64,000 nucleotides of DNA from Sedimentisphaerales bacterium. Lineage in GTDB: Bacteria > Planctomycetota > Phycisphaerae > Sedimentisphaerales > Anaerobacaceae. Positions 47,051 to 56,585 of the stretch are shown here, one piece after another (within the stretch, counting starts at the first letter, position 1; each line of letters starts with the position of its first letter). The position numbers and the translations under genes were made by a program. The stretch spans positions 480,001 to 544,000 of the forward strand of contig JAXGYC010000008.1 of assembly GCA_040772485.1 (NCBI GenBank), written 5' to 3'. Below the pieces are notes generated by a model that did no database searches, was not told where the DNA came from, and saw only the letters and a list, made by a program, of their open reading frames with translations.

Positions 47051-48004
47051 TCAGCTTTCCGCCTCGACGAAGCGATCGCCCGGCTGGACGTGCCAGCCGT
47101 TGATGAAGTCTTTGAACTCCATCAGTCCCGAGCCGGCCGGCTTGATCTTGCGGATGCCGAGTTTGCCATCTCCGCAGACCACGTTCAGGTCCTCATCAAA
47201 CGTCCCGGGGACGGCCGAGGCCGCCGTCGGGCCCCAGATGACATCGGCCAGAGCCAACGTCACGCGTACGGTCTTTCCCGTCCTGGTGCCAAGGTAGTGC
47301 GACGAGGCCCCCGGCCAGGGCCAGAACCCTCGCACCTTGTCGGCGATCACGTAGGCGGGAAGGCGGAAGTCGACCTCGCCGTCGGCCTTCTTGAGCTTCG
47401 GCGCTTTCGACGCAAGGAACTCGTCCTGCTTCGTATAGGTCGCAGTGCCCGCCTCGATCCGGTCGAGTGTCTCCAGCAGTAGCGACGGCCCCATTCGGGC
47501 CAGCCGGTCGTGCAGCTCGCCCGCGGTCTCGTGGACGCCGATTTGCGTGCCGCGCTGGGCCAGGATGTCGCCGGCGTCCATCCGGTCGGCCACGGTGATG
47601 ATGCTCACCCCTGTTTCTTTCTCGCCTCGGATGATCGCCCAGTTGATCGGCGCCGCGCCGCGATACTTCGGCAGCAGAGATGCATGTACGTTGATGGCGC
47701 CGTGGGGCGGAAGGGCGAGCAGCTCGGGCCCGATCTTCTGGCCGAACGCGATCACCACGAGAATGTCGGGCCGGACCGCCGCGATGCGCTTTCTGACGTC
47801 GGCGGCGTTGACGTTATCGGTCTCAATGGATGGCTTCGCATGGCTCTCGGCCCAGTGGCCCACGGGCATCGGACAGCACTTGCGTCCGCGGCCGGCCGGC
47901 TGCGGCGGCTGCGTCACCACCAGAGCAATCTCGTGATGCGATGCCTTCAGCGCATCCAGGCAAGGGATGCCGAACTCGCCGCTGCCGAGATAGACGATGT
48001 TCAT
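47051..48004 (-). CDS. fmt: Methionyl-tRNA formyltransferase
   Basis: VVTQPPQPAGRG, INVHASLLPKYRGAAPINWAI, MDAGDIL. Confidence 0.96.
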   Translation of the reverse strand: MNIVYLGSGEFGIPCLDALKASHHEIALVVTQPPQPAGRGRKCCPMPVGHWAESHAKPSIETDNVNAADVRKRIAAVRPDILVVIAFGQKIGPELLALPPHGAINVHASLLPKYRGAAPINWAIIRGEKETGVSIITVADRMDAGDILAQRGTQIGVHETAGELHDRLARMGPSLLLETLDRIEAGTATYTKQDEFLASKAPKLKKADGEVDFRLPAYVIADKVRGFWPWPGASSHYLGTRTGKTVRVTLALADVIWGPTAASAVPGTFDEDLNVVCGDGKLGIRKIKPAGSGLMEFKDFINGWHVQPGDRFVEAES

Positions 48005-48079
48005 GTCGATTACGGATTCCGGATTGGGCGTCTCGAATCGAGCGGGCGACCGCGCGTCCGCGACTCCCGTGGTCTTGTG

Positions 48080-48598
48080 TTATTTGCCCTCGTGCCTGTC
48101 GATGAGCTTCTTAATCTGCCGGCGGTTCGCGATCTTCGCGGCCGCCCCCATGCGGTTGAGGATCGTCATTCCATCGAGGTGGTCGCTCTCGTGCTGCAAA
48201 CAGCGGGCGTACAACCCGTCGGCCTCCTCGGTGAACTCATGGCCGGCCAGGTCGGTGGCGGTGACGGTGGCCCTTTTGTAGCGCCGGATCTTCGGGTAGA
48301 TTCCGGGCACCGAAAGGCAGCCTTCGCCGTTCTCGTCCAGGTCCCCGGCCGGCGTGACCGTGGGGTTGACGTACGCCCGGACCTGCTCACGCGAGCCGTC
48401 CATGGAGATGATGAACAGCCGCAGGCCGACGCCCGCCTGCGGAGCCGCCAGGCCCATCCCCTTGTTCTCGATCATGATGTCGGTCATCTTCTCGACCAGC
48501 CGCCGGATCGTCTCGTCGATCTTCTCCACCGGCGCCGCCGGCTGGCCCAACACCGCCGCCGGATACCGCGTGATCCTGCACTTGTCAACATCGATCAT
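48080..48598 (-). CDS. def: Peptide deformylase
   Basis: GMGLAAPQAG, EGCLSVP, QHESDHLDG. Confidence 0.96.
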   Translation of the reverse strand: MIDVDKCRITRYPAAVLGQPAAPVEKIDETIRRLVEKMTDIMIENKGMGLAAPQAGVGLRLFIISMDGSREQVRAYVNPTVTPAGDLDENGEGCLSVPGIYPKIRRYKRATVTATDLAGHEFTEEADGLYARCLQHESDHLDGMTILNRMGAAAKIANRRQIKKLIDRHEGK

Positions 48599-48647
48599 GA
48601 TACGGACCTCGTACTCCAGGCTCTCGTAACCTCACTGCACCCGGTGG

Positions 48648-49397
48648 TCATTTGTCGTCGAACTCGTGGCCGGCGAAGGTATTGCCCAGGTAGCTCTTCT
48701 TGACCAGCTCGTTGCGGATGATCTCGGCCGGGGGACCGGCCGCGATAACCTGGCCGTGGTCGATAATATAGGCCTTGTCCGCCACTTCGAGCGTTCGTTC
48801 GACGTTGTGGTCGGTGATCAGCACGCTGACGCCCGAGCCGACCAGGTGGCGAATCTCCCCCTGCAAATCCTCCACCGCGATCGGGTCCACCCCGCTGAAC
48901 GGCTCGTCCAGGAGGATCAGCGAGGGGTCGGTCACCATGGCCCGCGCGATCTCGAGCTTGCGGCGCTCGCCACCCGAGAGGAATCGCCCGTGGCTCTTGG
49001 CCACCTCTTTGAGGCCGAACCGCTCAATGAGCATGTCCGCCTTCTCGCGCCGTTCGGCCCGCGTCAAAGACATCGTCTCGAGGATCGCCAGCAGGTTGTC
49101 CCGGACGCTGAGGCGCTGGAAGATGCTCGGCTCCTGCGAGAGATAGCCGATCCCGAGGCGGGCCCGTTTGTACATGGGCAGCTTGGTGATCTCGCGGCCC
49201 TCGAAGACGACCTTGCCCACATCGGGGGTGACCATGCCCATGACCATTCGGAAGGTGGTGGTCTTGCCGGCGCCGTTGCGGCCCAGCAGACCCACGATGC
49301 TCCGCTGATCGATGGTCACCGAGACCTCGTTGACGACGGCCCGACCCGAATACCGCTTGACCAGGTTGTGCGTTTCCAGAAGGGTGATGCCAACCAA
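48648..49397 (-). CDS. lptB: LPS export ABC transporter ATP-binding protein
   Basis: GRNGAGKTT, LPMYKRARLGIGYLSQE, LSGGERR, LLDEPFSGVDP, ITDHNV; TTG start after GAGGTG. Confidence 0.92.
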   Translation of the reverse strand: MVGITLLETHNLVKRYSGRAVVNEVSVTIDQRSIVGLLGRNGAGKTTTFRMVMGMVTPDVGKVVFEGREITKLPMYKRARLGIGYLSQEPSIFQRLSVRDNLLAILETMSLTRAERREKADMLIERFGLKEVAKSHGRFLSGGERRKLEIARAMVTDPSLILLDEPFSGVDPIAVEDLQGEIRHLVGSGVSVLITDHNVERTLEVADKAYIIDHGQVIAAGPPAEIIRNELVKKSYLGNTFAGHEFDDK

Positions 49398-49637
49398 TAG
49401 AGCACCTCGCGTACACACGGTTGCGGACAAAGCCGCATTATACCAAGCCCCCGGGGGCAGGCAAGGGCACACTTCGACCGCCGGGACGCCGATCCGGACG
49501 CGCTCACGGCAGGCTCGGGACAGGCCTGCCCGCGTGCGAAAGCGAATAAAACTTCTGGCAATCGAGGGCCTTTTTTGCTATGAGGTGGGTTTTTATCGCA
49601 TGGCCAGACCCGTTCGGGAGTCCATAGAAGAGATCGT

Positions 49638-50414
49638 ATGTTTGCTGTCGTAAGCGATATCCATTCGAATATTGAAGCCCTGAGCACGGTCCTGGCGGAC
49701 ATCGAGAAACGGGGCATACAGAAGATCTACTGCCTGGGCGACGTGGTCGGCTACGGCCCGAACCCCACCGAGTGCCTCGATCTGATGATCGAACGCACCG
49801 AGTGGTGCGTGCTCGGCAACCACGACTACGCGGTGTTCTACGAGCCGACGAACTTCAACTACGGGGCCGAGCAGGCCAGTTTCTGGACGCGGGACGTGAT
49901 GGAGACCGACCCGGACAAGGCCCGCAGCGACAAGCGATGGCGTTTCCTGGGCGAGCTGCCCATGCGCCGGACGCTGGAGACCCAGTTGGGGCCGACCAAG
50001 GCCACGGTCGACTTCGTCCATGCCTCTCCGCGCCGGCCGATCAACGAGTACATCTTCCCCGACGACGTTTACACCAACCCGGCCAAGGTCCGCGTCCTGT
50101 TCGAGCGGATTCCCCACGTCTGCTTCGTGGGGCACACGCACATGCCGGGCGTCTTTCTCGATGAGCCGGACTTCTACCTGCCCGACGAGCTGGGCGGGGT
50201 CTATCCCATCATCGAGGAGGAGAAGGCCATCATCAACATCGGCTCGGTGGGCCAGCCCCGCGACAAGGACAACCGCGCCAGCTACGTGTACGTCGAGGAG
50301 AACAAGGTCCATTTCGTCCGGCTGGAATACGACTTCGAGACGACGATGAAAAAAATCTACGCCATCGACCGCCTGGACAATTTCCACGCCGAGCGGCTTC
50401 GGGACGGCCGATGA
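49638..50414 (+). CDS. Calcineurin-like metallophosphoesterase
   Basis: SDIHSN, CLGDVVGYG, GNHD, GHTH, GSVGQPRD. Confidence 0.9.
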   Translation: MFAVVSDIHSNIEALSTVLADIEKRGIQKIYCLGDVVGYGPNPTECLDLMIERTEWCVLGNHDYAVFYEPTNFNYGAEQASFWTRDVMETDPDKARSDKRWRFLGELPMRRTLETQLGPTKATVDFVHASPRRPINEYIFPDDVYTNPAKVRVLFERIPHVCFVGHTHMPGVFLDEPDFYLPDELGGVYPIIEEEKAIINIGSVGQPRDKDNRASYVYVEENKVHFVRLEYDFETTMKKIYAIDRLDNFHAERLRDGR

Positions 50415-50526
50415 GAGGCGAGGGGTCGGTTTCCTGCCCGCTGAGACCGGGCGGCCTCGGCAGACATGCGTCCGCCGAGCGTGGACGATCTGTGACTTGC
50501 CAAGTGGTTCGAACATAAAGGATTGT

Positions 50527-52536
50527 ATGAGTCCGAGAAAATCTGTCGTTGTGGTGCTCGTGTGCTTCTGCCTGCTCTGCGGCGGGCTGGTTCTCGAGTC
50601 GGGAGCGTTCCGTACGACCGCCTCGCCTGAGGGGATCGATTCGCCGGCGGCACGGTCCGGCTTGCTGCTGCTCCAGCAGACCACCGAGGTCAATGCCCCG
50701 GGCAGCACGCCGCCGACACCCGCGCCGCCGCAGCCGCAGCTTCAAGCGGCGCCGTCCGAAGTCTTCGGCGCCGTCGGCGGCCCCAGCCAGCGCACCACCG
50801 TCGGTTCGGCGGACCCGAAGTCCGCGTTCAAATTCCAGCTCGAACTCGACTCCAAAGGGGCGGCCATCCGCACCGCCACGTTCAGCGGATTCAAGGATCG
50901 CGAGTACAAAGACCCGCAGCCGCTGGTCTTCCTCTCGCCCGCCGAGTCGGGCAACGGACGCGAGATGCTCTCGATGGCCAACAGAGGCCTGGTCCTTGTC
51001 AACCAGCAGCAACAGCTCAGTCTCGATGCCTTGAGCTGGAAGACGCTCGGCGCCGAAACCACAGACGCCGGAGACCAAACCGTCTCTTTCGAGGCCACCA
51101 TCACCGGTTCGCAGAATCGACCGTTCCTGAAGCTGGTCAAAAAGTACCACGTCAGGCCCGACAGCTATCTCGTCGAATGCTCCCTGACGATCGACAACCT
51201 CTCTGACGCGACACAGAAGGTGCGCTACGATCTCGGCGGGCCCCTGGGCCTGGAGCGGGAGGCCTTTCGAGAGGACATGAGAAGCATCATCGGCGGCTAC
51301 CAGGGCGCCCAAGGCCAGATCACTCGGAGCAAGCTCGACAAGAAGACCCTGCTCAAGGCCGGCACGCCGCTGCCGATCGAGCCGAAGAACGGAGGCGGCC
51401 AGTTCCTCTGGGCCGCGGCGGTCAACAAGTACTTCGCCGCCATCCTGGTGCCGGTGCCCGACACCAACGACGCCTTCTGCGATTGGATTAGCGGACGTAC
51501 CGGCCGGCTGTACAACCCTGATGGTGACCGCAAGGCGGACACCGGGGACGAGACGGTGGGCCTCGATTTCTCAGTAGCGTCGGCGACGCTCGCTCCCGCC
51601 GGACAGCCCGACAGCGCCCGAACGTACAACTTCCAGCTCTACCTCGGGCCCAAAGACAAGAGCCTCTTCGACAAGAACGAACTCTACAAGCGGCTCGGCT
51701 TCGTCCAGACCATCGACTTCATGGGCTGCTGCTGCCCATCGAGCATCATCAACCCGCTGGCCTTCGCGATCCTGGCGATCATGAAGGCGATGTACACCGT
51801 CATCCACAACTACGGCGTCGTCATCATCATCCTGGTCTTCCTCATGCGGCTGATCCTTCACCCGATCACCAAGAAGAGCCAGGTCTCCATGAGCAAGATG
51901 AGCCAGTTGGCGCCCCGGGCCGAGGAGATCAAGAAGAAGTACGCCAGCAACAAGGCGGAGATGAACAAGAAGCTCATGGAGCTTTACCGCGAGCAGGGGG
52001 CCTCGCCCATCATGGGCTTCCTTCCGATGATGGTGCAGATGCCCATCTGGATCGCCCTCTGGAGCGCCGTGTATACGAGCATCGACCTGCGCGGGGCGGC
52101 CTTCCTGCCGTTCTGGATCACCGATCTGTCGGTGCCCGATGCGCTGATCCGCTGGTCGCCGATCACCATCCCGCTGCTGGGCTGGAAGGTCGCGTCGCTC
52201 AACGTGCTGCCCCTGCTGATGGGCCTGGCGTTCTATCTCCAGCAGAAGCTGATGCCGACCCAAGTCAATGCGGCCACAAACCCGCAGATGGCCCAGCAAC
52301 AGAAGATGATGATGATCATGATGCCGCTGCTGTTCCCGCTGATGCTGTACAACGGCCCATCCGGCGTGAATCTCTACATCATGGCCAGCACCTTCGCCGG
52401 CGTGATCGAGCAGCACGTCATCCGCAAGCACATCCGCCAGCGCGAAGAGGCCGAGGCCAAAGGCCTCGTCGCCGTCACGAGCAAGACCGGCGGCAAGGTC
52501 AAGAAGAAGAAACCCAAGCCGTTCTACAAGTTCTAA
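50527..52536 (+). CDS. yidC: Membrane protein insertase YidC
   Basis: KYFAA, YLGPK, NYGVVII...P, MELYREQG, QMPIW, WITDLSVPD, GVNLY; adjacent to mnmE. Confidence 0.93.
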   Translation: MSPRKSVVVVLVCFCLLCGGLVLESGAFRTTASPEGIDSPAARSGLLLLQQTTEVNAPGSTPPTPAPPQPQLQAAPSEVFGAVGGPSQRTTVGSADPKSAFKFQLELDSKGAAIRTATFSGFKDREYKDPQPLVFLSPAESGNGREMLSMANRGLVLVNQQQQLSLDALSWKTLGAETTDAGDQTVSFEATITGSQNRPFLKLVKKYHVRPDSYLVECSLTIDNLSDATQKVRYDLGGPLGLEREAFREDMRSIIGGYQGAQGQITRSKLDKKTLLKAGTPLPIEPKNGGGQFLWAAAVNKYFAAILVPVPDTNDAFCDWISGRTGRLYNPDGDRKADTGDETVGLDFSVASATLAPAGQPDSARTYNFQLYLGPKDKSLFDKNELYKRLGFVQTIDFMGCCCPSSIINPLAFAILAIMKAMYTVIHNYGVVIIILVFLMRLILHPITKKSQVSMSKMSQLAPRAEEIKKKYASNKAEMNKKLMELYREQGASPIMGFLPMMVQMPIWIALWSAVYTSIDLRGAAFLPFWITDLSVPDALIRWSPITIPLLGWKVASLNVLPLLMGLAFYLQQKLMPTQVNAATNPQMAQQQKMMMIMMPLLFPLMLYNGPSGVNLYIMASTFAGVIEQHVIRKHIRQREEAEAKGLVAVTSKTGGKVKKKKPKPFYKF

Positions 52537-52548
52537 AGCGGCCTTGTT

Positions 52549-52596
52549 ATAGGTCCTATCGGTCCCATAGGACCAATGAGACCGATAGGACCTATG
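52549..52596. repeat. Inverted nonamer-repeat hairpin overlapping the mnmE start
   Basis: ATAGGTCCT-ATCGGTCCC-ATAGGACCA-ATGAGACCG-ATAGGACCT-ATG; 52549-52568 pairs with 52576-52595 (one mismatch). Confidence 0.85.
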
Positions 52597-54057
52597 AACC
52601 ACGCAGACACCATCGTGGCCGTCAGTTCCGCAGCAGGGGGGCTTCGATCCATCGTTCGCATCACCGGTCCTGACGCGCTCACGGCGTGCCAGCGCGTGTT
52701 CACGGAGCCCATCGCACTCCGCACGAACGGCATTCTGTCCGGATCGGTCTCCATCGCTGCCGGCGTGACAGTGGACGGGCGGCTCTATCTCTTCTTCGCA
52801 CCGCATTCGTACACCGGGCAGACCCTCGCCGAGCTTCACGTGTACGCCAGCCCGGTCCTGGTCGCGACACTGGTGCAGAATCTTCTGGCGACGGGTCTTC
52901 GCGTGGCTGGTCCCGGCGAGTTCACCGCCCGCGCTTACCTCAACGGCAAGATGGACCTGGCCCAGGCCGAGGCGGTCAACGAGATCGTCGCCGGCTCCAA
53001 TCGCTTCCAGGTCGAGGCCGCCGAAAGACTCCTGAGCGGCCGCCTGACCGAGACCACCAAGGCGGCGCGATCCGCTCTGGTGGATTGTCTGAGCCTGATC
53101 GAGGCGGGCCTCGATTTCAGCACCGAGGACATCGCCTTAATCGGCCCTGGCGAGGCGGCAGCGCGGCTCGGCCGGATCAAGAGCAACCTCGAAGGCCTTC
53201 TGAGCGGCAGCATCCGCTACGAATCGCTGATCGATCTGCCTGCCGTCGGCATCGCCGGCGCGCCCAACGCCGGTAAGAGCAGTCTCCTGAACGCGATGCT
53301 GGGCCACGACAGAAGCCTCGTTTCGGATCGTCCCAGGACGACCCGCGACGTTCTGAGCGGCATATTGACTGTCGTTCCCGCGGGGCCCGGCAGGGTGGCA
53401 AGCGGCAAGTGCCAAGTGTCGAGCTTTCCTGCTTCACACTTCAAACTTCACACTTCAAACTTCGTCCAGTGCGTGCTGTTCGATTGCGCCGGCCTGCTGA
53501 CCGCACCCGAGCACATCATCGATCGACTCGCCCAGCAGGCGGCCATCGAGGCACTGAGGCATTCCCAAGTCGTGATCTTCTGCGTCGATGCGGCCAAGCC
53601 CGACATCAGCGAAGACCTCGCCATCCGCGCCCTGGTCCAGCCGGAAACCGTGCTCTACGTCGCGACCAAAGCCGACCTCCTGGATGCGTTCGAGCTGGAC
53701 CGCGCGACCGAACACCTGGCCGGCGTTTTTGGAGGACCGTTCCTGCCCGTCTCGGCTCGGACAGGGCAGGGACTGCGACAATTACAGGACCTTGTCGCCC
53801 GGTCGCTTTCAGCCGGACCACAAGAGGCGACACAGGAAGCCCGCGACGCCGTGGCGCTGACAGCCCGGCACCGCCAGGCCGTGAGCGAGGCGATTGCGAA
53901 CCTCGACCAGGCGATGAGCCAGATCGAGCAGGGGGCCGAAGAGGTCGCCGCCGCAATGATCCGCGAAGCGTGCCAGGCGCTGTCGGAGATCGAGCAGCAG
54001 CCCATCGACGAGCAGATCCTCGACCGCATCTTCAGCCGCTTCTGCGTCGGAAAGTGA
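52594..54057 (+). CDS. mnmE: tRNA modification GTPase MnmE/TrmE
   Basis: DTIVAVS, PHSYTG, PGEFTARAYLNGKMDLAQAEAV, GAPNAGKSS, TTRD, C-terminal FSRFCVGK. Confidence 0.95.
   Translation: MNHADTIVAVSSAAGGLRSIVRITGPDALTACQRVFTEPIALRTNGILSGSVSIAAGVTVDGRLYLFFAPHSYTGQTLAELHVYASPVLVATLVQNLLATGLRVAGPGEFTARAYLNGKMDLAQAEAVNEIVAGSNRFQVEAAERLLSGRLTETTKAARSALVDCLSLIEAGLDFSTEDIALIGPGEAAARLGRIKSNLEGLLSGSIRYESLIDLPAVGIAGAPNAGKSSLLNAMLGHDRSLVSDRPRTTRDVLSGILTVVPAGPGRVASGKCQVSSFPASHFKLHTSNFVQCVLFDCAGLLTAPEHIIDRLAQQAAIEALRHSQVVIFCVDAAKPDISEDLAIRALVQPETVLYVATKADLLDAFELDRATEHLAGVFGGPFLPVSARTGQGLRQLQDLVARSLSAGPQEATQEARDAVALTARHRQAVSEAIANLDQAMSQIEQGAEEVAAAMIREACQALSEIEQQPIDEQILDRIFSRFCVGK
53395..53463. repeat. Heptamer-repeat element inserted in frame in mnmE
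   Basis: GTGGCAA-GCGGCAA-GTGCCAA-GTGTCGA then CTTCACA-CTTCAAA-CTTCACA-CTTCAAA. Confidence 0.85.
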
Positions 54058-54243
54058 CAATCCCCGTGAGAACATCCTGGCTACCACACAAACACTTCAG
54101 TGGTTCAGGGCACTCATGCCGTACGCATCTGGGCCATACCCATGCGCCTCGCGGCGACTCCGGACATTCGGATTGTGCCGCAGCTTCATGTCTGTAGTGG
54201 TCCGCCAGAGGCGGATCAGACGCTTTTCTTTGCCCCCGGCGCG

Positions 54244-54398
54244 CGAAACACGAAATCCGAATCTCGAAACTCGAAACAAGCACGAATGTTCCAAGCTCGA
54301 AACTCAAAGCCTCCCGGCTGGGCGAGAGCTGTTTTGAACATTGGGATTTCGGTCATTCGAGCTTGTCTCGGATTTCGGATTTCGACATTCGTGTTTTG
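54244..54398. repeat. MITE-like inverted heptamer-repeat element
   Basis: CGAAACA-CGAAATC-CGAATCT-CGAAACT-CGAAACA ... TGTCTCG-GATTTCG-GATTTCG-ACATTCG-TGTTTTG, arms complementary. Confidence 0.85.
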
Positions 54399-54410
54399 CC
54401 AGCTTGCTCA

Positions 54411-55157
54411 TCACCGCTTCATTAGCGCGAACGCGCCCCAGCCTAAGTATTCACGCGTGTACGCGGCGTGGCGCTGGGGTTCCGAGGTCAGTTTGGCTCG
54501 AACCTCTTTGGCCAGCTCGTCGTCGGGATTGGCGTCAAGCCATCGGCGCATGGTGAGCCACTTGGCCGCCTCGTATCGGTCCCAACTGTCCTGGTCCGCC
54601 AGAACCATTTCCACGACGTCGTAGCCGAGGCGGCCGAAAGACGCGAGCAGTTCCGTAAGCACGAGAAAGTCGGAGACCGAGCCTGCAAGACACCCCCTGG
54701 CCACATCTTCCGTCGGCGGCAACTGCCGCCAGTAGGGCTCGCCGATGAGGATGATCCCTCCGGGGCGCAGGCTCCGCGCCAGAAGCGCGATGGTGCCGGC
54801 GACACCCCCGCCGATCCACGTGGCGCCGAGACAGGCGGCCACACTCACTTTCTCGTCAGAGACGTAGCCGGCCGCATCGCCATGGATGAACTTGACTCGA
54901 TCGGCGACGCCGAGTTCTTCAGCACGGCGTTTCGCCTGCTCGGTGAACAACTGGCTCATGTCGACGCCGGTGCCGACGACGCCGTAATCGCGTGCCCAGG
55001 TGCACAGCATCTCCCCCGAACCGCTGCCGAGGTCGAGCACGCGGGTCCCCCTTTCCAGACGCAGCGCGGCGCCGAGAGTGGCGAGCTTTTCGGGCGTGAA
55101 CGGGTCATGGATGCGGTGAGCGCTCTCGCTGATGTTGAAGATCCGTGGAATGTCCAA
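54411..55157 (-). CDS. Class I SAM methyltransferase, YjhP-like (cassette gene)
   Basis: TTG start after AAGGAG; (M)DIPRIF.ISES.HRIH, LDLGSGSGEMLCTWARD, WDRYEAAKWLTMRRWL closely match E. coli YjhP as I recall it. Confidence 0.88.
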   Translation of the reverse strand: MDIPRIFNISESAHRIHDPFTPEKLATLGAALRLERGTRVLDLGSGSGEMLCTWARDYGVVGTGVDMSQLFTEQAKRRAEELGVADRVKFIHGDAAGYVSDEKVSVAACLGATWIGGGVAGTIALLARSLRPGGIILIGEPYWRQLPPTEDVARGCLAGSVSDFLVLTELLASFGRLGYDVVEMVLADQDSWDRYEAAKWLTMRRWLDANPDDELAKEVRAKLTSEPQRHAAYTREYLGWGAFALMKR

Positions 55158-55197
55158 TGCAGAAATCTCCTTACGAATGTGAATAGATTCGGTCACG

Positions 55198-55253
55198 GCC
55201 TGACAATGCCGCTGAGGGGCGCGCTTCAGCGCGTGCCCTCCGGCGGGTCAGGC
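55198..55253 (-). mobile_element. attC-like integron cassette recombination site (variant GAC/GTC cores)
   Basis: Minus strand GCCTGAC-CCGCCGGAGGGCACGCGCTGAAGCGCGCCCCTCAGCGGCATT-GTCAGGC; overlaps upstream stop codon; internal palindrome. Confidence 0.7.
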
Positions 55254-55729
55254 CCCATCGCTCTTTCGCCACAGTCGAGGAATGAAACGGCCCGTATGTT
55301 TCGCATAGGTCAGATATGCGTTACCGAATTGGGCAACCATGTTCTTCTCCTCATCAACAATGACGAAATGCCAGAGGAGGTGAAGTGCCATGACCAAAGA
55401 AGACCGATCCAATGGTTGAGGAAGACGGCAAGGCCGGGAGCACCTATGGTAATAAAGGATGCGTATAACGGATGACGTACCCAGCGATAGGCGCCTTGCG
55501 TACACAAGCCACGGCCACGCTGAGAGACAGGGAGGGATCGGAAAGACCAGATGGCTCCCGCCAAGGTACATATGCCTGCAATTGCGAGGACGAGGTAGCG
55601 GACCATCGGCGAAAGAGCCAGGGTGCCAGATGGGTACTGCTCTTGACCCCACAATGCGAGACAGAGAAGGCCGACAGTGAGGATGACCCCAAGCGGACCG
55701 GACCCAAATGTGCGAACGAAGTTATTCAT
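55248..55729 (-). pseudogene. Isoprenylcysteine carboxyl methyltransferase/PEMT family membrane protein, one frameshift near 55400 (cassette gene)
   Basis: LCTQGAYRWVRHPLY in the first frame; EEKNMVAQFGNAYLTYAKHTGRFIP in a second frame. Confidence 0.8.
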
Positions 55730-55747
55730 AAAGTCGCCAAGTATTGT

Positions 55748-55907
55748 GCCTAACCGTTGACTAACAGGTCAATTTGCCCTGATATCATGCTCTGCCTATC
55801 AGCCACGCAGGGTGTGCACCGCACACCATCGCCATGTCGCGACAAGAATAACGACTCTGATCAAAATGAGTAAGCTGTTTCCGGAATTACGTAACCGGTT
55901 GTTAGGC
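55748..55907 (-). mobile_element. Long, probably chimeric attC-like site containing a REP-like palindrome
   Basis: Minus strand begins GCCTAAC (overlapping the stop of the reductase gene) and ends GTTAGGC; GCAGGGTGTGCACCGCACACC at about 55807-55827. Confidence 0.65.
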
Positions 55908-56570
55908 GTCCGTGGGCCCTTGGTGCCGCAGAACAACATGCGTGGCCTTCTCCGACGCTGCACATTCAACGCATTCGTATCCCAGAGCCCGCAAGTCAAC
56001 CCCTTCGAACAGTCGCTCTCCACTACCAAGCAGGACCGGTGCGATAGCAATGTGCAGCTCATCAATAAGGCCCTCACGAAGATACTGTTGGATTGTGTTG
56101 GGTCCACCGCCAATCCGCACGTCTCTTCCGGCGGCAGCCTCTCGTGCCCGGTCAAGCGCCTCGCGAATGCCGCCCGTGACGAACTGAAACGTCGTGTTGC
56201 CTTCCATCTCGATGGGTGGACGCGCATGATGAGTCAAGATGAAGACTGGAACGTGATACGGCGGATTGTCGCCCCACCAGCCTTTCCAGTTCATGTCCGG
56301 CCAGGGACCGCGAATTGGTCCGAACATGTTCCTTCCGAGAATCCATGCCCCAACATTCTGGAAGCCACGCGCGGCGAAGTCTTCGTCAATCCCCGTTGTG
56401 CCGCCGACTTCGCCAAACAGGGCCCGTTGGAACGTGCGTGTCGGGAATAGCCACTGGTGCAGATCCGTCCCGCCAATGCCGAGCGGATTGCTGACATCCT
56501 GCTTTGGGCCCGCTCCATATCCATCGAGCGAGATAGTGAAGCTCTCAACGCGAACTCGTGTCATCTTCAT
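55902..56570 (-). CDS. Dihydrofolate reductase / RibD C-terminal family protein (cassette gene)
   Basis: ISLDGY, GAWILGRNMF, PVFILTH, VRIGGG, LIDELHIAIAPVLLGSG. Confidence 0.9.
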   Translation of the reverse strand: MKMTRVRVESFTISLDGYGAGPKQDVSNPLGIGGTDLHQWLFPTRTFQRALFGEVGGTTGIDEDFAARGFQNVGAWILGRNMFGPIRGPWPDMNWKGWWGDNPPYHVPVFILTHHARPPIEMEGNTTFQFVTGGIREALDRAREAAAGRDVRIGGGPNTIQQYLREGLIDELHIAIAPVLLGSGERLFEGVDLRALGYECVECAASEKATHVVLRHQGPTDA

Positions 56571-56585
56571 TTCTCTAGTCTGGAC

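Noticed and set aside
54244..54398. Heptamer arrays as CRISPR
   Set aside because: Units are 7-9 bp without unique spacers and no cas genes are present.
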